Counted from the stretch's first letter, positions 25,031 to 38,738 are shown. The stretch is DNA of 64,000 nt from Albugo candida (GCA_040437565.1 JBDOQK010000018.1:434001-498000), one strand, 5' to 3'. Notes: generated by a model not told the origin, from the letters alone. Program-made: numbers and translations.

Positions 25031-26778
25031 ATGAGTACCGACAACTGCATTGCTGCATCACACACGGGACTTAAGCCTTTATATAGAAAAGGTAGTGGGC
25101 GTATAGTCCAATTCACAGACGTTCATTTGGCTCTCAAATACAAGGGAACTCCCGAGAATAACTATCTTGATAAGGTCGAACCTGACGTCAAATACGGATT
25201 GGATCCCGGTGTCGAGTTGCTGGAAGCTGCATTAGAATGTGCGAAAAAAGTGATCCCAAAGCCGAACTTTTTCTTGTATAATGGTGATTCCGTTATCCAC
25301 GAGGGGAAACACGAAAATGAAAAAAAAGAAAAATTACATTTTCCAAGAACATATAAGTACCATAATAAGGTAATTGGCGCAGTTATGAGTCGCCTACGTA
25401 AGACCTATCCCAACTTGGATAAAAGTCGTTTTTTTGCCCTCGCCGTTGGGAATATGGAAACAAGTAAGAAATGTTTTCCAAACTGGTTTTGTAACTAACC
25501 TGTGGCGCATTATAGTCCCAGACTACGCGATGGACGTCACTGATGGACAAGAGATCAATCCAACTTTAAGCGAAATCAAACAAGGCTTTGAAAACGTACT
25601 CCTAGAAGGAGAAGAACAAGATTTTGTAAGACGTGGATACTCAAGGCGACAGATCGAAGATGGACTGTGGATGATCACACTGAATACGGCTGTCTACCAC
25701 CCGAGGCGCTCGGGCGATAGTAAAAATGGCAATCTCGAAGATCCACTTGGACAATTTGCATGGTTGAGAAAGACGTTGAGATCGATTGAACAAGAAAGGG
25801 AAAATTCATTAATATGTGGCCACGTTCCCCCGGTTCTGGCTTTGGCTGATGGAGTACAACAATGGGAAAAGGAATATATCGAAACGTATAAAAAAATCAT
25901 CACGGACTTCGCCGGCACTATCAAAGCTCAATTGTTTGGACACACGCATGATCACGAAATCCGTGATTATAAGGTTCCGCTCTACATTTCCGGACCCATT
26001 TCACCTTTGCACAAAGTTAATCCATCATTTACTGTTTGGGAATATGACAAGAAAACGTTTGAGATTCTAGATTCTCATGTCTACGGAACATTGGATCTGA
26101 AGAATTGGGGATACAGGTTCAGCGCAGTAAAGTAAGGACTCCAAATTACTCACAAGAATGTATACGAGTTCTCACGCTACGTTTATTTGTAGATCGTACG
26201 GGCTGACCGATCTGAGGAAAGGCAGCTTGGTGAAGCTACGCAATTACTTTGTCGATGAAGGAAATTTCAACCAAGAACAATTTAATCACTTTCATCTTCA
26301 AAGATATGTATACAGAGGATATAACCTCGACAACAAAGACAATTTAGTGGCGCCCGCCAATGTGAAAAAGTGCGACCACGTGGCATGTCTAGCCGCTATA
26401 CGATGTGCTTTCAAAAAGTGGTATAGCGATATTGTAGAACTCCAAGAATGTCACATCAAAGAACGGGCACATTTCGCGAGCAAGGGATTTAGAATTGAAG
26501 AGGACATGAGAATATTCAAAGAGACTGCTAAGGAAGTAGCCAGAAGAGAGAAAAAGTTGACCAGAAAGTATACCAGCACGGCGCGTATATTGTACCCTTC
26601 TAATGAGACTGGCCTCAAGGAAGAGCCTACATACAACCCTCTGTCGACTTGCGCTACTGTTTTCATGATGGTGATTGTACTCGCCGTCATTGTTCTCGTG
26701 TTGGATAAAGTTTTTGGAATCAAGTCTCGATGGACAAGATTGGTGAAAGGGATGCAGACGGAGAATCGAAGGCAATGA
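25031..26778 (+). CDS. Acid sphingomyelinase-like (calcineurin-like) metallophosphoesterase, paralogue 1, with C-terminal TM helix
   Basis: Exons 25031-25463, 25516-26131, 26193-26778. Motifs: FTDVH, YGLDP, NGDSVIH, GNME, LNT, DPLGQFAWL, GHVPP, FGHTH, SP...NPSF. TM helix VFMMVIVLAVIVLVL. Confidence 0.88.
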
Positions 26779-27354
26779 AAGTAGCACCATGATTTACGAT
26801 AGGAAACACCGTTACCTCTCAATATACTTTTCATTTTACTCCACTATTGCTTGACGTTTGTAAAAGTATATGTATTTTTGCTGAAATGTTGATGCGGCAT
26901 TCCCATTACTTGAAAGCTGCTAATGCGTTCTACTTAGTGTTCACCAAATTTGCATCAGAACGAAAGGGATCGCATGGAGATAGGACAGTGAAAGCGAGGA
27001 TGCTTCGCCACAATTCCCGATATCATATCTATCCGCAACACGCATTATGCTTCACGTTGTAGCAGATGTGCCTTGTGACTTCGTACAAGCAATTAAATAA
27101 TTCCGTCTTCTCGAGCATGGCACATACTGCCGGATATGGCGTCCATATCTCCCATGCTACTGGTAAGTAGGATTCTATTTAGCATCGAAAGCATATGAAG
27201 ATGTCAGATATAATCAAAGGACATGAAGTTACCGCGTTTGTATCCGCTGCCATAGTCTTCCTTGATGCTTTATGGATGGATGATCTTTTCGCAGATGACA
27301 AGCACGTCCTTAGAGTGAATACATTCATTTGTTACTGAACCATCCCCATAATTC

Positions 27355-27636
27355 ATGCGTCTGAGACAGTTTTGTCCCATTCGGATTGCAGGAGCACGTG
27401 TGGGTCTACTGGAGAAAGCAGGCAGAAGTGTCTTGGATCTGGCAGAATGCACCAAACGGGGCATCATGATAGTTCCTTTGGTTCGCAACGTTCTCAAGCC
27501 ACCAACTTGCGACACACAAAACGTACAAACGAATGATTGTGCGTCTTGCCACTTACTGTTCACAATTACTGTGCGACGCCACCAAGGCCGTCATTGTAGT
27601 CGACCCGTTTGTTACAATTGTTCCAGTGTCATTTAG
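27355..27636 (+). pseudogene. FYVE zinc-finger gene remnant
   Basis: CASCHLLFTITVRRHQGRHCSRPVCYNCS matches the FYVE pattern CxxC..F...RRHHCRxCG..xCxxCS with the ligand-binding HHC degraded. Flanking frames are closed by stops. Confidence 0.65.
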
Positions 27637-29479
27637 AGTGAAAATACCCTCCCGGATATCTAGAGGGTCAAAAGCAACAATTCTTTCCATTGATGTCTCT
27701 TGTAGACCATGAACTGAACATCCTACGGAGCAACTTGATAGATGCTTTTAAAAGAAGCCTTGACATATCTTTGCTCCGAATAATGCGCTTGTGAGCCACG
27801 CACAGATCTGATAAGCTTCTTCAAGGCAGCCATTTTTGTCGCTAAAGTTTCATCCCTCCCCCTCTTTTAATAATGAATGATGACAGAAAACTGATGCAGC
27901 AATTGCTGCCTGACGTGTGAAATATCATGGCATCTCATCTCCCTCGCTCCAGTTTGCACCATGGCCAAAGAAGTTCGTGCCACCAAATGGGAGTAATAGC
28001 GACCAGTATGACTCTGAGAAAAGACCGGAATAGCCAAATCAGCCACATCCCATTCCCTGAGCATCGTCTCAGTCAGCGAAATCACCATCATATGCTACGT
28101 TTAAGCAGCAAAATGCAATTGAGCCATATGGCGTTCACACTCCTCGAAACGCATATGCCCCACACATAAACGGATCTTTCGTAGGCAAAATTGTCGCTTG
28201 CTAGATCACAAGTAATGCCACCATATACAGCAGAGGTAAGTAGCGCTGTACAAGAAATTACCAGTACTTCCACAAGCGGTGATACGAGCAATTTNNNNNN
28301 NNNNNNNNNNNNNNNNNNNNNNNNNNNNNNNNNNNNNNNNNNNNNNNNNNNNNNNNNNNNNNNNNNNNNNNNNNNNNNNNNNNNNNNNNNNNNNTGAGCG
28401 AGATTAGAGCCTACAGAATCAATACTTCTTGGGACCGCTCATGACCGATGGATTCCGACTAAAATTGCTACGGCAAGTATCTCATCTTCAGCATGACAAA
28501 GAACGAAACCGAAAGTGATTTGCTCGCGTGGATCGTTCCACTCTGATTGTGTCGACTTCATTTGAACGATAAGACTGATCAATTCTCTGCGTAGTGAATT
28601 CTGACGTATTTTCGCGATTAGAGCGAATAGGGAATGGTCGCATCTCGTAGACGTCGAATTTGCAGAGAATTACTCAAGATCCCGACTCTTAAGCAAAAGA
28701 TGCGATCAATTTGCACAGCCAATCAGAAACCCAGACTTTTAATAGATTGGTTAATCTTCGGTTAAAAAAAGCTGATTTAAGAAAGACTTAAGCCCGTCAG
28801 TTTCCTTCCATCAATCACATATCCGCAAGATCATATCCCAGTGATAGCATTTGAAACAGATTGTACTCATCTCCTGTGCTAAGATCAATATTAAGAAAGT
28901 ATCCGTACCTGTCAGAATGATGGACATATCATATTGAGTAGTGATTCGGGACCAATCGATATCGCTCCATCGGCATATTATTGGTATCATTCGGATTGGA
29001 TCGTCCGACACTCGATGGATTGAATCATATTTCATCACGTTCTAAGCCACGGGTTCATATCCGGTTTTTTTAATTCAGAAAATATGTTGATAGATTCTCT
29101 ATTTACAATAAATAGTTTGTTGATCCATATCGCTCTTCTGTGTGTATTTGAAACAAAGCGACAGTGTAAAAACGTTGAATCTGCGCAAGTTGTGTGTATG
29201 CATTTGTTCTTGTGCTAAACATTGACCCATTGCGTATATAAAGCAATGAAAAGAAATTGACTCTAATTGCTCGTGGCTACGAATTCAGTCAACAGATGTT
29301 TAGGATTGCAAGCGTTGTATTTACGATGATGAAGGCTTATCCTCCTCAGAAGAGCTAAAAAATTGGATGAAAAGAAAAAAATTATTCGACCTTTTGATAC
29401 TTTTGAATTGTGGATTGCTTCTGTCGTAAGGTGCCTTCATGCTCATGCGGCTCTCATGCCGTCGTACTACATACTTGTC

Positions 29480-31800
29480 AAATGGGTTGCATGTTTAAGG
29501 CCCTGTATACGATACTTGGCATTCAGCAAAGTAGAACTCAATGGAATCCNNNNNNNNNNNNNNNNNNNNNNNNNNNNNNNNNNNNNNNNNNNNNNNNNNN
29601 NNNNNNNNNNNNNNNNNNNNNNNNNNNNNNNNNNNNNNNNNNNNNNNNNGGGTTGCATGTTTAAGGCCCTGTATACGATACTTGGCATTCAGCAAAGTAG
29701 AACTCAATGGAATCCTCGTTCTCGCTCATGTAGCCTTTTTAGTTCACCCTCGTAACCATCCGCAGGATAACTATCCTTCAAAAATCGGCACTCTCGGGTC
29801 GGTAGGATTTTTCTTCATATTTTCTATGAGTTTTCAAGTTCCGCTCAAAGTATTTATTGCGATCCCGTTAATACAACCATTCAAACTTCATATGATGGAT
29901 ATTTACCAGCATTTAAGATGTGATACATAATTCCAAATATTTGTTGCCAAACGGGTTTACCAGCAAAGTTACAGACTTTGCATTCTCTAGTGCTTTCTCT
30001 GACAGTATTTCAGTCACAGCATAAAATATCGATGCTGCTAATGACTTACCTACTAGAGCACTTGATGAAGTACCATGGAACAATTTTGCAAGAATCCTTT
30101 TTTTTCAAAAAGCAATGCGAGGTGTTGTGAATATACAAAACTTCCGATTCCTGAACTTGTAATCCTTTTTTCCAGCGTATAACACATAGGTGAATATGCT
30201 GAGGTCCACGAGGCATGTGTCAAAATCCAATCACAATGCTTGAAGATTGACGAGGGTAATATGGAAGGTTCTCAACTGTCAAATGAGGTCCTTATCATAT
30301 GCCAGATACAAAGCGTGCAATCTTCTTGACAATGTCCCTTTGAAGCGACCAGCCTATATGAGCAGCGTCGGATATTTGAATTATATTCCGACTTCAATCA
30401 TCCAAAATCTATGGAGCGTGCGTTGACCGAATGACTTGTAAACATTACCGAAACGTTTTTGTATCTTCAATTCCCTTGCAGCTATACGTATTGCGTCAGA
30501 AATAATTGGTTTACTGGAAGACCCTTTCAACACGTCTCCTGTGCTGCTCGGAAATCTATTATCAGCATTACACCTTGATAGATGATCGATTCATATGGGT
30601 AACAGCCATAATGACATGCTCACGTATCATAACCTGACGTATATCCATGATACGAGGCCTCGTTTACGCCGTAGAAGAATCAGAGGTTGTATAGCTTCGA
30701 TGATATCATGGCAGACCAATGATTGGATGGTGCTGATGTCCAAGTAGCACTTCCGACCCAAACAGCGCTCCATTTCGTTGTACAATCCTTACAAAGACTC
30801 TGTTAACGCAGATATAAGCTCCATCTAGTGACTAGTAAAGCTAGCTCTTACAGGTAAGTCAAGCAATTTGCCTAAATCAATGAATAGCGTCGACGTGATA
30901 TAAGCAGCGCACTTGCACATAATCGAAGAATCTTTCGAGTGACGTCTGCCCTGCGATGGAACCCATGGGATTGCTTCGTACCTATTCCATTTGGTCATAT
31001 CTGGTACAGTGCTTTCTGTGAGATCATGCGAATCATCGTGCTTCCATTCTTTCTAGTTCACGATATCGTGTGATGTTCGCTCCGTGTTTATTCTTTGCTG
31101 CTTGAGCAGGACTTGGTATATCAAATGCACCTATATCTTTCTGTCATGCTTTCTTGTGTCAAGGGCAATAGCCGGAGTAATATATCAATTGCATCCGTCA
31201 GCATTCCGGTAATGCAAAGATATCGTATCGATTGAGGCGCACGACAGCAGCAGATGAGATGTGTGGTCAGTTAGAAAATGAGCATCGAAAGAGAACGGTG
31301 TTGGTTGAATTGCACTAGATTACTTGAGCGCCAATGTCTTTGCAAGAGCTTTGCCGTAATCTAAGCAATATATTGTCAGACTTTCATCATTTCCTTCACG
31401 GGTTTGTTCGACGCTCTTGCTACTTCAGTGTCTTCATCATATTTTGCAAGAATCTCCTTGTTGTATTCAAAAGTGCAAGTCTTGTATCATACACTCAAAA
31501 CAGATCTTATGAAAACATAGTGTTGATGTCAAATTGTTTCACGATCTCATGCCAAATCCACGCCAATACTTATCCGTTCTAGCATCGAATCGCATTTGTC
31601 CTCGCTATAACTTCGCTAAGCCAAAAGACCAACTCTACCTTGACCACCGTCAAAAGCTCTTGATGAGCTACTATTTGATATAGATTACGTTGCATATGCA
31701 TCAGTACTAGAGGCTTCATCCGCTCGAGATCTATTGCCCACTAAGTGCTAAATCGGGAGGCTATTGCTGTATGGCCATTTTTGTCAAGTGGTCATCCACT
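29480..31800. repeat. Diverged duplicated segment X, copy 1 (probably a decayed gene, unidentified)
   Basis: Colinear matches to 41.0-43.9 kb: GCCCTGTA..ATACTTGGCATTCA (~29.50/41.02 kb), TACTAGAGCACTTGATG (~30.05/42.31 kb), CTGAGGTCCAC (~30.20/42.53 kb), GTTGC.TATGCATCA (~31.69/43.86 kb). Confidence 0.75.
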
Positions 31801-33539
31801 AGACCGCAATGATTGCACTTGATGATTGAAAATCCCTTGAGTTCATCCAAGTATGTAAACTTTTCTCATTAACAAGACAGACTGGTTCATACTGGTATCT
31901 TTGGTGATACGTCACGTTTACAAGTTGGTACAAAAAGAGGTCGATGGATTCAATGGACTCCCGACCTGTTCTGTAATTTCCACCTTTACCCGAATCACCA
32001 GATCCCTATTACGAGTTTGTATCCACTCCAACTTTATCTGTCTCGCTTCTGTACGTATTAATGAACAGTCCGCATCGAAATTAAAGTTTGTCAGCTACAG
32101 TCGGAAGAATGTAAACCCATTACGCTAATAATCATCCACTTTCCGGCTATGTTTTAAAAATACGGTGACTTACGAATTCGGTTATACCTTACATAGTCTA
32201 TGATAGTTTTGTAGACCAAATACGCGTTTCAGTTTTGTAAACCTTAGAATGAGAAATGTAGACCGTACACTTGAACTCAAAAGAGTAAAAGTGTTCTTAT
32301 GCAAAATCCTGGTACTGTAGATCCCATTATGTTACTCCATGAAAGTAGATATTCTTCGCCAAATATGTTAACCCATAGTCTTCCGATCACCGCTTGAACA
32401 ATCCCAGTGCATTGATGATTGACGCAGGCTACCCCAGTCTGCACGGTCTACGATAATGTCGTCCCAGATATGATATTCAAAGATGGGATGATCGTTTTAC
32501 ATCGAACCAGATGTTTAGTGACGTATGGTCTATTTGCTACCTCCAATTTCCCAAGACATCACTTTCCGCAGATGTACGGTCCAACTCGGGACTTATATCA
32601 AATACCGCATATCCCATTAATAGTTTTTGATACACGAGTGTGACAGTAGTTAAACAAGCCCGAAATAATGGGAGTAAAGAATCAAAATGTACATGTAGAC
32701 ACCGGCTCACTTTCGCTCAAATGTGTCGTACTATCAAGACATCAAACCCAAACGGCCGAAACAGCTTCTTAGTGACGCAAACATAATAGTGGCCTATTTT
32801 TGATGATGCTAATTGGCCCATATTCTCTGTGCTACTTGGTCGCCAGATCAGCCTTATTGAAAATACTTCGTATATATCGAGATGCCGACATCACCTTTTT
32901 TATTACAAAATTTTCTTCCATGTCCATGCACCGTGGTCGAGGCGTTGCTACATCTCAATCAAATCTTTAAACGAGTATCACCATTATAAGTCTTCTGCGG
33001 CATCAGCCAACCTACTTATCAAAGGGTGAGAGGCTCTTAACATCATCACGATAGACTCATGGGGCTGAATTAAAAGATGAGATCAGTCTGAGCCATCTGA
33101 AGAATCTATCATGTATCGATTGGGGATATGATGAAAAACGCACTGGACTTCTTTAGACTGGTCTAAACCATCAGGATCAGTATGGCTGTCGAAGTATTGC
33201 CGAATTAAGCATTTAGCGAAAGTAAGGGGTATGTCTTAGCAAGCGTAGCCGAGAACTACGTGTCAAGATTCAATTCATCCGACGGTTTCCAACTTCATTG
33301 TCTGCCTCTTTCTTCCAAAGATGGAGCTAGTAGTGACATATCAGTATTTACTTGACCGCTGCAATTGCTTCACTTAATACAGATGGGCACATTGCGATGA
33401 GCACCAGACGACACGATGATGTAGAATTACAATGAAATAGTTGATCTGTTGATGAGGAGACACTCGTCTTTTTCAGATAGTGCCCATTTTGATTTGTTCA
33501 ATTCATTCGCGCAAGACAAAACTGTCACAGTAGTCGCAT

Positions 33540-34500
33540 AGAAGCCATTGGAAGTAGGAAGATTGAGTAACATCAACTATCATTCCGAAACTCCTTCAGT
33601 ACCCACGCGATATAAAAGATTGAGATAGTAGCAAAAGGTGAAAAATGCCATCTGTAGCGGAAACTGTGCTTTTGATGCATATATTGAGAAGTCCTGACAT
33701 GAATATCTAATGATGCAGCTGTATGTGTCAGCATAATTGTTGATACAGAACAGTTCTGCATCTAGCTGGAAGAAGTATATCATTATAAAGGCAAATTATC
33801 GAAGATATAGAGCGGTCATCACATTTGATCACCGAAGTCATCAAAGCTCAATTTTCGACCGTGGATGCATTCGAACACGTCCGTTTGGGCCTTTAGAAGT
33901 GGTTGCTGCACGCTGTACTGTTGGATTAAATCCAACATAATGCAAGATAGTCGACGGATAGCGATCATGTTCCAACTGGGACAAACATCTACTTACCGAG
34001 AAAGATTCCGCTTTCCACGATACAACTTGCCTAGATCGAACCGTCTTACTTTTTGGGCTTCATGGTGCTCCTAATCAGCCTAAACACATTGATCGGACTC
34101 ATAAGAGCTGTCTAAACGCGATGAATTTTGTATCCATTGTCACTGACCAGAATCTTAATAGTAGTTGGTAGTTAGATGATGAGTGCTTGGTGACATGTCG
34201 TGCTGATATATTTTGTCTTTTTTAAGTGGTGCTGTACTCAAGCCGACCTCATGAGTTGTTAAACAAAGTGGGCAGCTTTAGGGCATGTTCTGCCCAATTC
34301 TCAAGATTGTGGATGAATATCATCTTACGTATCCAACCATTATAAGCAGCCTAGAGCACAAGCTAGATATATCCGTTTTGTGACATCTTATTTTCATTTT
34401 CTGATCGTTCTTATTCGTTTAGTGATTCCATGATCCCACTCGTGCTCAATCTTGGATAGATTTTACGTTTCTATTAATGAAGATTCGACGGATTTGGAAA
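33540..34500 (+). pseudogene. Fourth, disrupted copy of the metallophosphoesterase
   Basis: AAAGGCAAATTATCGAAGATATAGAGCGGTCATC...TCATCAAAGCTCAATTTTCG (~33.79-33.86 kb) matches paralogue 2 at ~37.48-37.55 kb. ~34.19-34.27 kb matches the CDHVACLAAIRCAFKKWY-coding segment of paralogue 1. No intact ORF; boundaries approximate. Confidence 0.7.
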
Positions 34501-34739
34501 TGTGTTCTTTGCTAAGGCTCGTCTCGTAGCATCTTTTAGGGTGTTTGATGCTCACCCTTGTCGCAGTTTGGACTAATTATCTTCCATGAAAGCAGAGGGC
34601 GTTCTAGACTTCAGGACCTTCTTCGAATGAGAACAAAAAGAGTACAGCATGGGCATGCAGCACTCAGAGCGTTCGATTCCGTCAATCGCAGGAACTGGAT
34701 GGGACACTCCAAATTCTCTATTGTTTTCAGAACTCTAAT

Positions 34740-35950
34740 CCAGTCGCAATGAGACTTCGGATGCAGTAGGTTTGCTATGATCCCATCCAGAAGCACCAAT
34801 AATACTCTTAAGTCGTCAAGACTGCATCATTCGCTTATGACACTTGACTGTAATGAGCAGTGACCACCGACGCAGCGGTTGAGAAGATTCATTTTTCCAA
34901 TTTCCCAATGGATCAATACTGATATTGATTGTGCATGGGTCGGGCCGGCAGAGCTAGATTCTCTATTGATACATCATCGATACGAGAATAACCACTGTAC
35001 TCTGCTCTAGCGGCTTGGAGTGCCTGTGACAGCTGGATGCGATGCGTCAATATCTGGGGCTGTAACACTGCAATTAAATATAGAGAGCATACATGTGAAG
35101 TAACAATTGGTTGAGGTCTACCCAGATTGTTGAAAAGGCACCCGGCGCTCGTTACGTGCGCAACAAAGTAGCCTCGAAAGCAAGTCCAATATATGTGAAC
35201 ACTACTCCCACTGGTATGACGAAAGTGTAATCTCACTTCTCTATATTTTATCGCAGGCACAATTTCCAATGGGCTCATTATATTATGTTCAAAATTCCCT
35301 TCAGGTAACAAGACGTGTGCAATTTGATGAATGTCAGATGCTACTGGATAGTTGAGGTCATGGTGAACAGCTTCTACAGCTCGTGGAAATGACAAATATT
35401 GTTCGATTCGAATCTAGAGAGGCTCAAGTCGACAGGTGACAACGGTCTCACCAAGCCTAAAGCTGTGATTTTAGATTGTCTCTCATCCGTCATTGTCGCT
35501 TATCTCATCTGGTCATCAAGACGGACGTGGTCGTTTTTCTGATTTGCGAGTAGGTAGTGACGGTCTTCGGAGCTGATGTGACCGTTGCAGAGGCTGAGCA
35601 TTATAAAATACATGGATGAATCGTAGTTTCCAACGCTTGATAGGATGAGCTATCCCATATTCACATACGTTGCTGAGCTTGCCTTCACATGACGGCTCTT
35701 TCCGCGTTTGGTCGAGAACCGATCGACATTGTGTCTTTGTATACTCAGTTAGTCAGCTTCATCAACGATTGATTACTTCTTCGCTGTGTATGAATGAATC
35801 AATTTATTCCAAGGTGACATACGCCTTTGCTTGCCACCCTTCACATATTTTGATGTCGACAGAAGCGGCTGAGGATTTAAATCAACATCACTTTTGAGCT
35901 CTAATATATTAATGCTATGATAATATTATAGTACGAAGGAGCTCACTATT
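34740..35950 (+). pseudogene. Striatin WD40-region pseudogene
   Basis: Colinear degenerate matches to 22.6-24.1 kb: GGATGCAGTA, GCAGAGCTAGATTCT, ACAGCTGGA, AGAGAGGCTCAAGTC, TCTCATCC..CTGGTCATCAAGA, ACCGATCGAC.TTGTGTCTTTG, GAGCTCACTATTT. Multiple stops and indels. Confidence 0.85.
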
Positions 35951-36711
35951 TGAATTATTGGAGCTCTCAAATCGCGATTGCATCATTATCTGATACAGTC
36001 ATGTCGTCTAGATTCCATGGAGTGCGGAATTGTAATTGATTACATCAGCCAAGCGCTAGGTCGCATTACCGTAATCTAATATTTCGAATTTTCCATAATA
36101 ATCTTCTCGCTCACCGATAGAAAAGCCTTTGTTTCGTAAACATGACATACTATGCAAGATCAATAAACATGTCAGGCTTGAGGTCGTGTGGTCTAAATTA
36201 CTTATTCTGCTAATTCCGAACAATCCAGAACAATCCTTAACCCACTGATAAGAAAGCATCTACCTTGTCAGCACGATAGATCAAGAAAAACCCATACATA
36301 GTCCAGGTTCTTGGTCGTGTGATTGTAATTCTAGCCTTTTTTCGAGATTCCATNNNNNNNNNNNNNNNNNNNNNNNNNNNNNNNNNNNNNNNNNNNNNNN
36401 NNNNNNNNNNNNNNNNNNNNNNNNNNNNNNNNNNNNNNNNNNNNNNNNNNNNNCTTTTTTCGAGATTCCATACAAACTTCATGCGCACTGATAGAAAAGC
36501 CAGTACTTGTTCCACACGACCCATAATATGGCAGATATACATGCTCCTAGAGGCCAAACGACGCGTATCTTCTACCTTTTTCGAATATCTCAGAAGAAAC
36601 ATGTACCCAATGCGACAAATCGATATGATGCCAAGATGCGGCTCTTCTATACCATTCGCCATTTTTGTATAAAAGTAGATTTACCTCATTACCAAAGACG
36701 ACCGATAACGA

Positions 36712-38738
36712 ATGAGTGCACCATGCAATGATGATCGATACAAAGTAGGAAGTGGGCGTATTGTGCAATTTTCTGACGTTCATTTAAGTGTCGCTGGTAA
36801 AGGTGTCGAACTTGAACTTAATTATGGCAAGGATCCCCCACTCGTGCTGCTTCAACGTGCATTAAAGTGTGCGAGAGAATTGATGCCATCTCCAGATATC
36901 TTTTTATATACCGGTGATTCTGTTGTCCACCAGAGACGGAGTAGTCAAGGGGATAGATGGCGTAAGGAGTACATACGTAAAGCAATAAAAAAGGTTATGC
37001 GGAACTTCAATAGCTCGTATCCAGTGAAAGGTAGAACAAAATCGATGACAACAACTGTTGGGAATGCCGATGTGTGTAAGTATCGTTTCACTATTCGGAT
37101 CATGTAACTAACATAGTTGCTCTTTGTAGCCCCAAACTATTATATGGCAATCACTAATGGAAACACTATCAATCCAACTTTGTCCGAAATATCTCGAGCT
37201 TGGGAAAAGCTACTCGAACCAGTGCAATTGAATGATTTTCGTAATAAAGGATATACGCTGAGAGATATCGATGAGAGATTGACCGTGCTCATATTGAACA
37301 CCGGTCCTTACGCAAAGAATCGTAATGGCGAATCGACTAACATCAGATTGGAGGATCCGCTTGGACAATTCGAGTGGTTGACAACCCAGCTGAAACAGCT
37401 AGAAAGCCAAAACAGATTGGTCTACATTTGTGGTCATATTCCGCCCATGCTGCATATGACTGACGGACAATATCAATGGAAAGGCAAATATATCGAAATG
37501 TATAAAGCGGTCATCGCCCCATTCGTTGCAATTATCAAAGCTCAAATCTTCGGGCACGTGCATGCTCATGAGATGCATCTGTTCCAGCTGAAAAACGTAT
37601 TTGTTCCGCTTTATACTGTTGGAGCCATTTCACCAAAGTATTGGAACAATCCATCCTTTGTTGTTTGGGAATATGACAAAGGGACGTACGAGTTCCTTGA
37701 CTATCATGTTTACGCATCAACCGAGCTGCCATTTGAGAAGTGGGGACATTTATTCAGTGCTACCGAGTAAGAAGCATAAATCACTCGAAAGTAACATCGT
37801 ATCTTACCGCGAGGTTTCTTTGTAGATCATTCGGTCTCACAAACCTGTCCAGCGATCAGTTAAGAGCTTTATCCGCGAGGTTTAAATCAGGGAACGCAGA
37901 TAAGCTGTATGGGATTTATCAAAAAAACAGATATGCGCACGCCCCAACCAAATCGCCAGAGTGCAAAGACGCAGCATGTCAGGCAGTTGTGGCTTGTTCT
38001 TTCGAATGGCACACCAACATATATGAACTTGCGGAGTGCCAAATAAAAAAAGCGAAGGCCTTGGAAGACAAAGGATTAGAGCGTGGTGGTGATTTGAGAA
38101 TCTTGGGTGTGATAAAAAGTATGATGGAATCAGAGTCCGGTGATCCTTCGAAAACGGCGGATGTGTTACATCCTAAAGGAGATTTAGAAGTTGATGGGTC
38201 TTTGAGATTAATGGATGTGACACGTGTCAGTCGTGTGTTAGATCCTGCTATGGAGACTGGCCTCGCGGAAAAACCTGCATCCAACATTCCTTCGACTTGT
38301 GCTACTGCATTCCTGGCATTCCTTCTACTTGCGACGATCATGCGCGTGTTAGATAAAGTTTTCGGAATCAAATTTCGGTGGAGANNNNNNNNNNNNNNNN
38401 NNNNNNNNNNNNNNNNNNNNNNNNNNNNNNNNNNNNNNNNNNNNNNNNNNNNNNNNNNNNNNNNNNNNNNNNNNNNNNNNNNNNAAGTTGATGGGTCTTT
38501 GAGATTAATGGATGTGACACGTGTCAGTCGTGTGTTAGATCCTGCTATGGAGACTGGCCTCGCGGAAAAACCTGCATCCAACATTCCTTCGACTTGTGCT
38601 ACTGCATTCCTGGCATTCCTTCTACTTGCGACGATCATGCGCGTGTTAGATAAAGTTTTCGGAATCAAATTTCGGTGGAGAAGATTGGTGAAAGGGACAG
38701 AAACGGAGAAATCGAGGGTAATGAAACTAGCACCATAA
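36712..38738 (+). CDS. Acid sphingomyelinase-like metallophosphoesterase, paralogue 2
   Basis: Exons 36712-37075, 37130-37766, 37826-38738; the last exon includes a gap-flank duplicate. Motifs: FSDVH, TGDSVVH, GNAD, DPLGQFEWL, GHIPP, FGHVH. TM helix AFLAFLLLATIM. Intron positions match paralogue 1. Confidence 0.88.

Noticed and set aside
33770-33795. Short match to PKA-R (TATCATTATAA.GGCAA)
   Set aside because: The longer context aligns with the phosphoesterase paralogues instead; chance similarity.
38187-38682. Apparent double TM/C-terminal repeat in phosphoesterase paralogue 2
   Set aside because: Exact duplicate across the gap at 38385.
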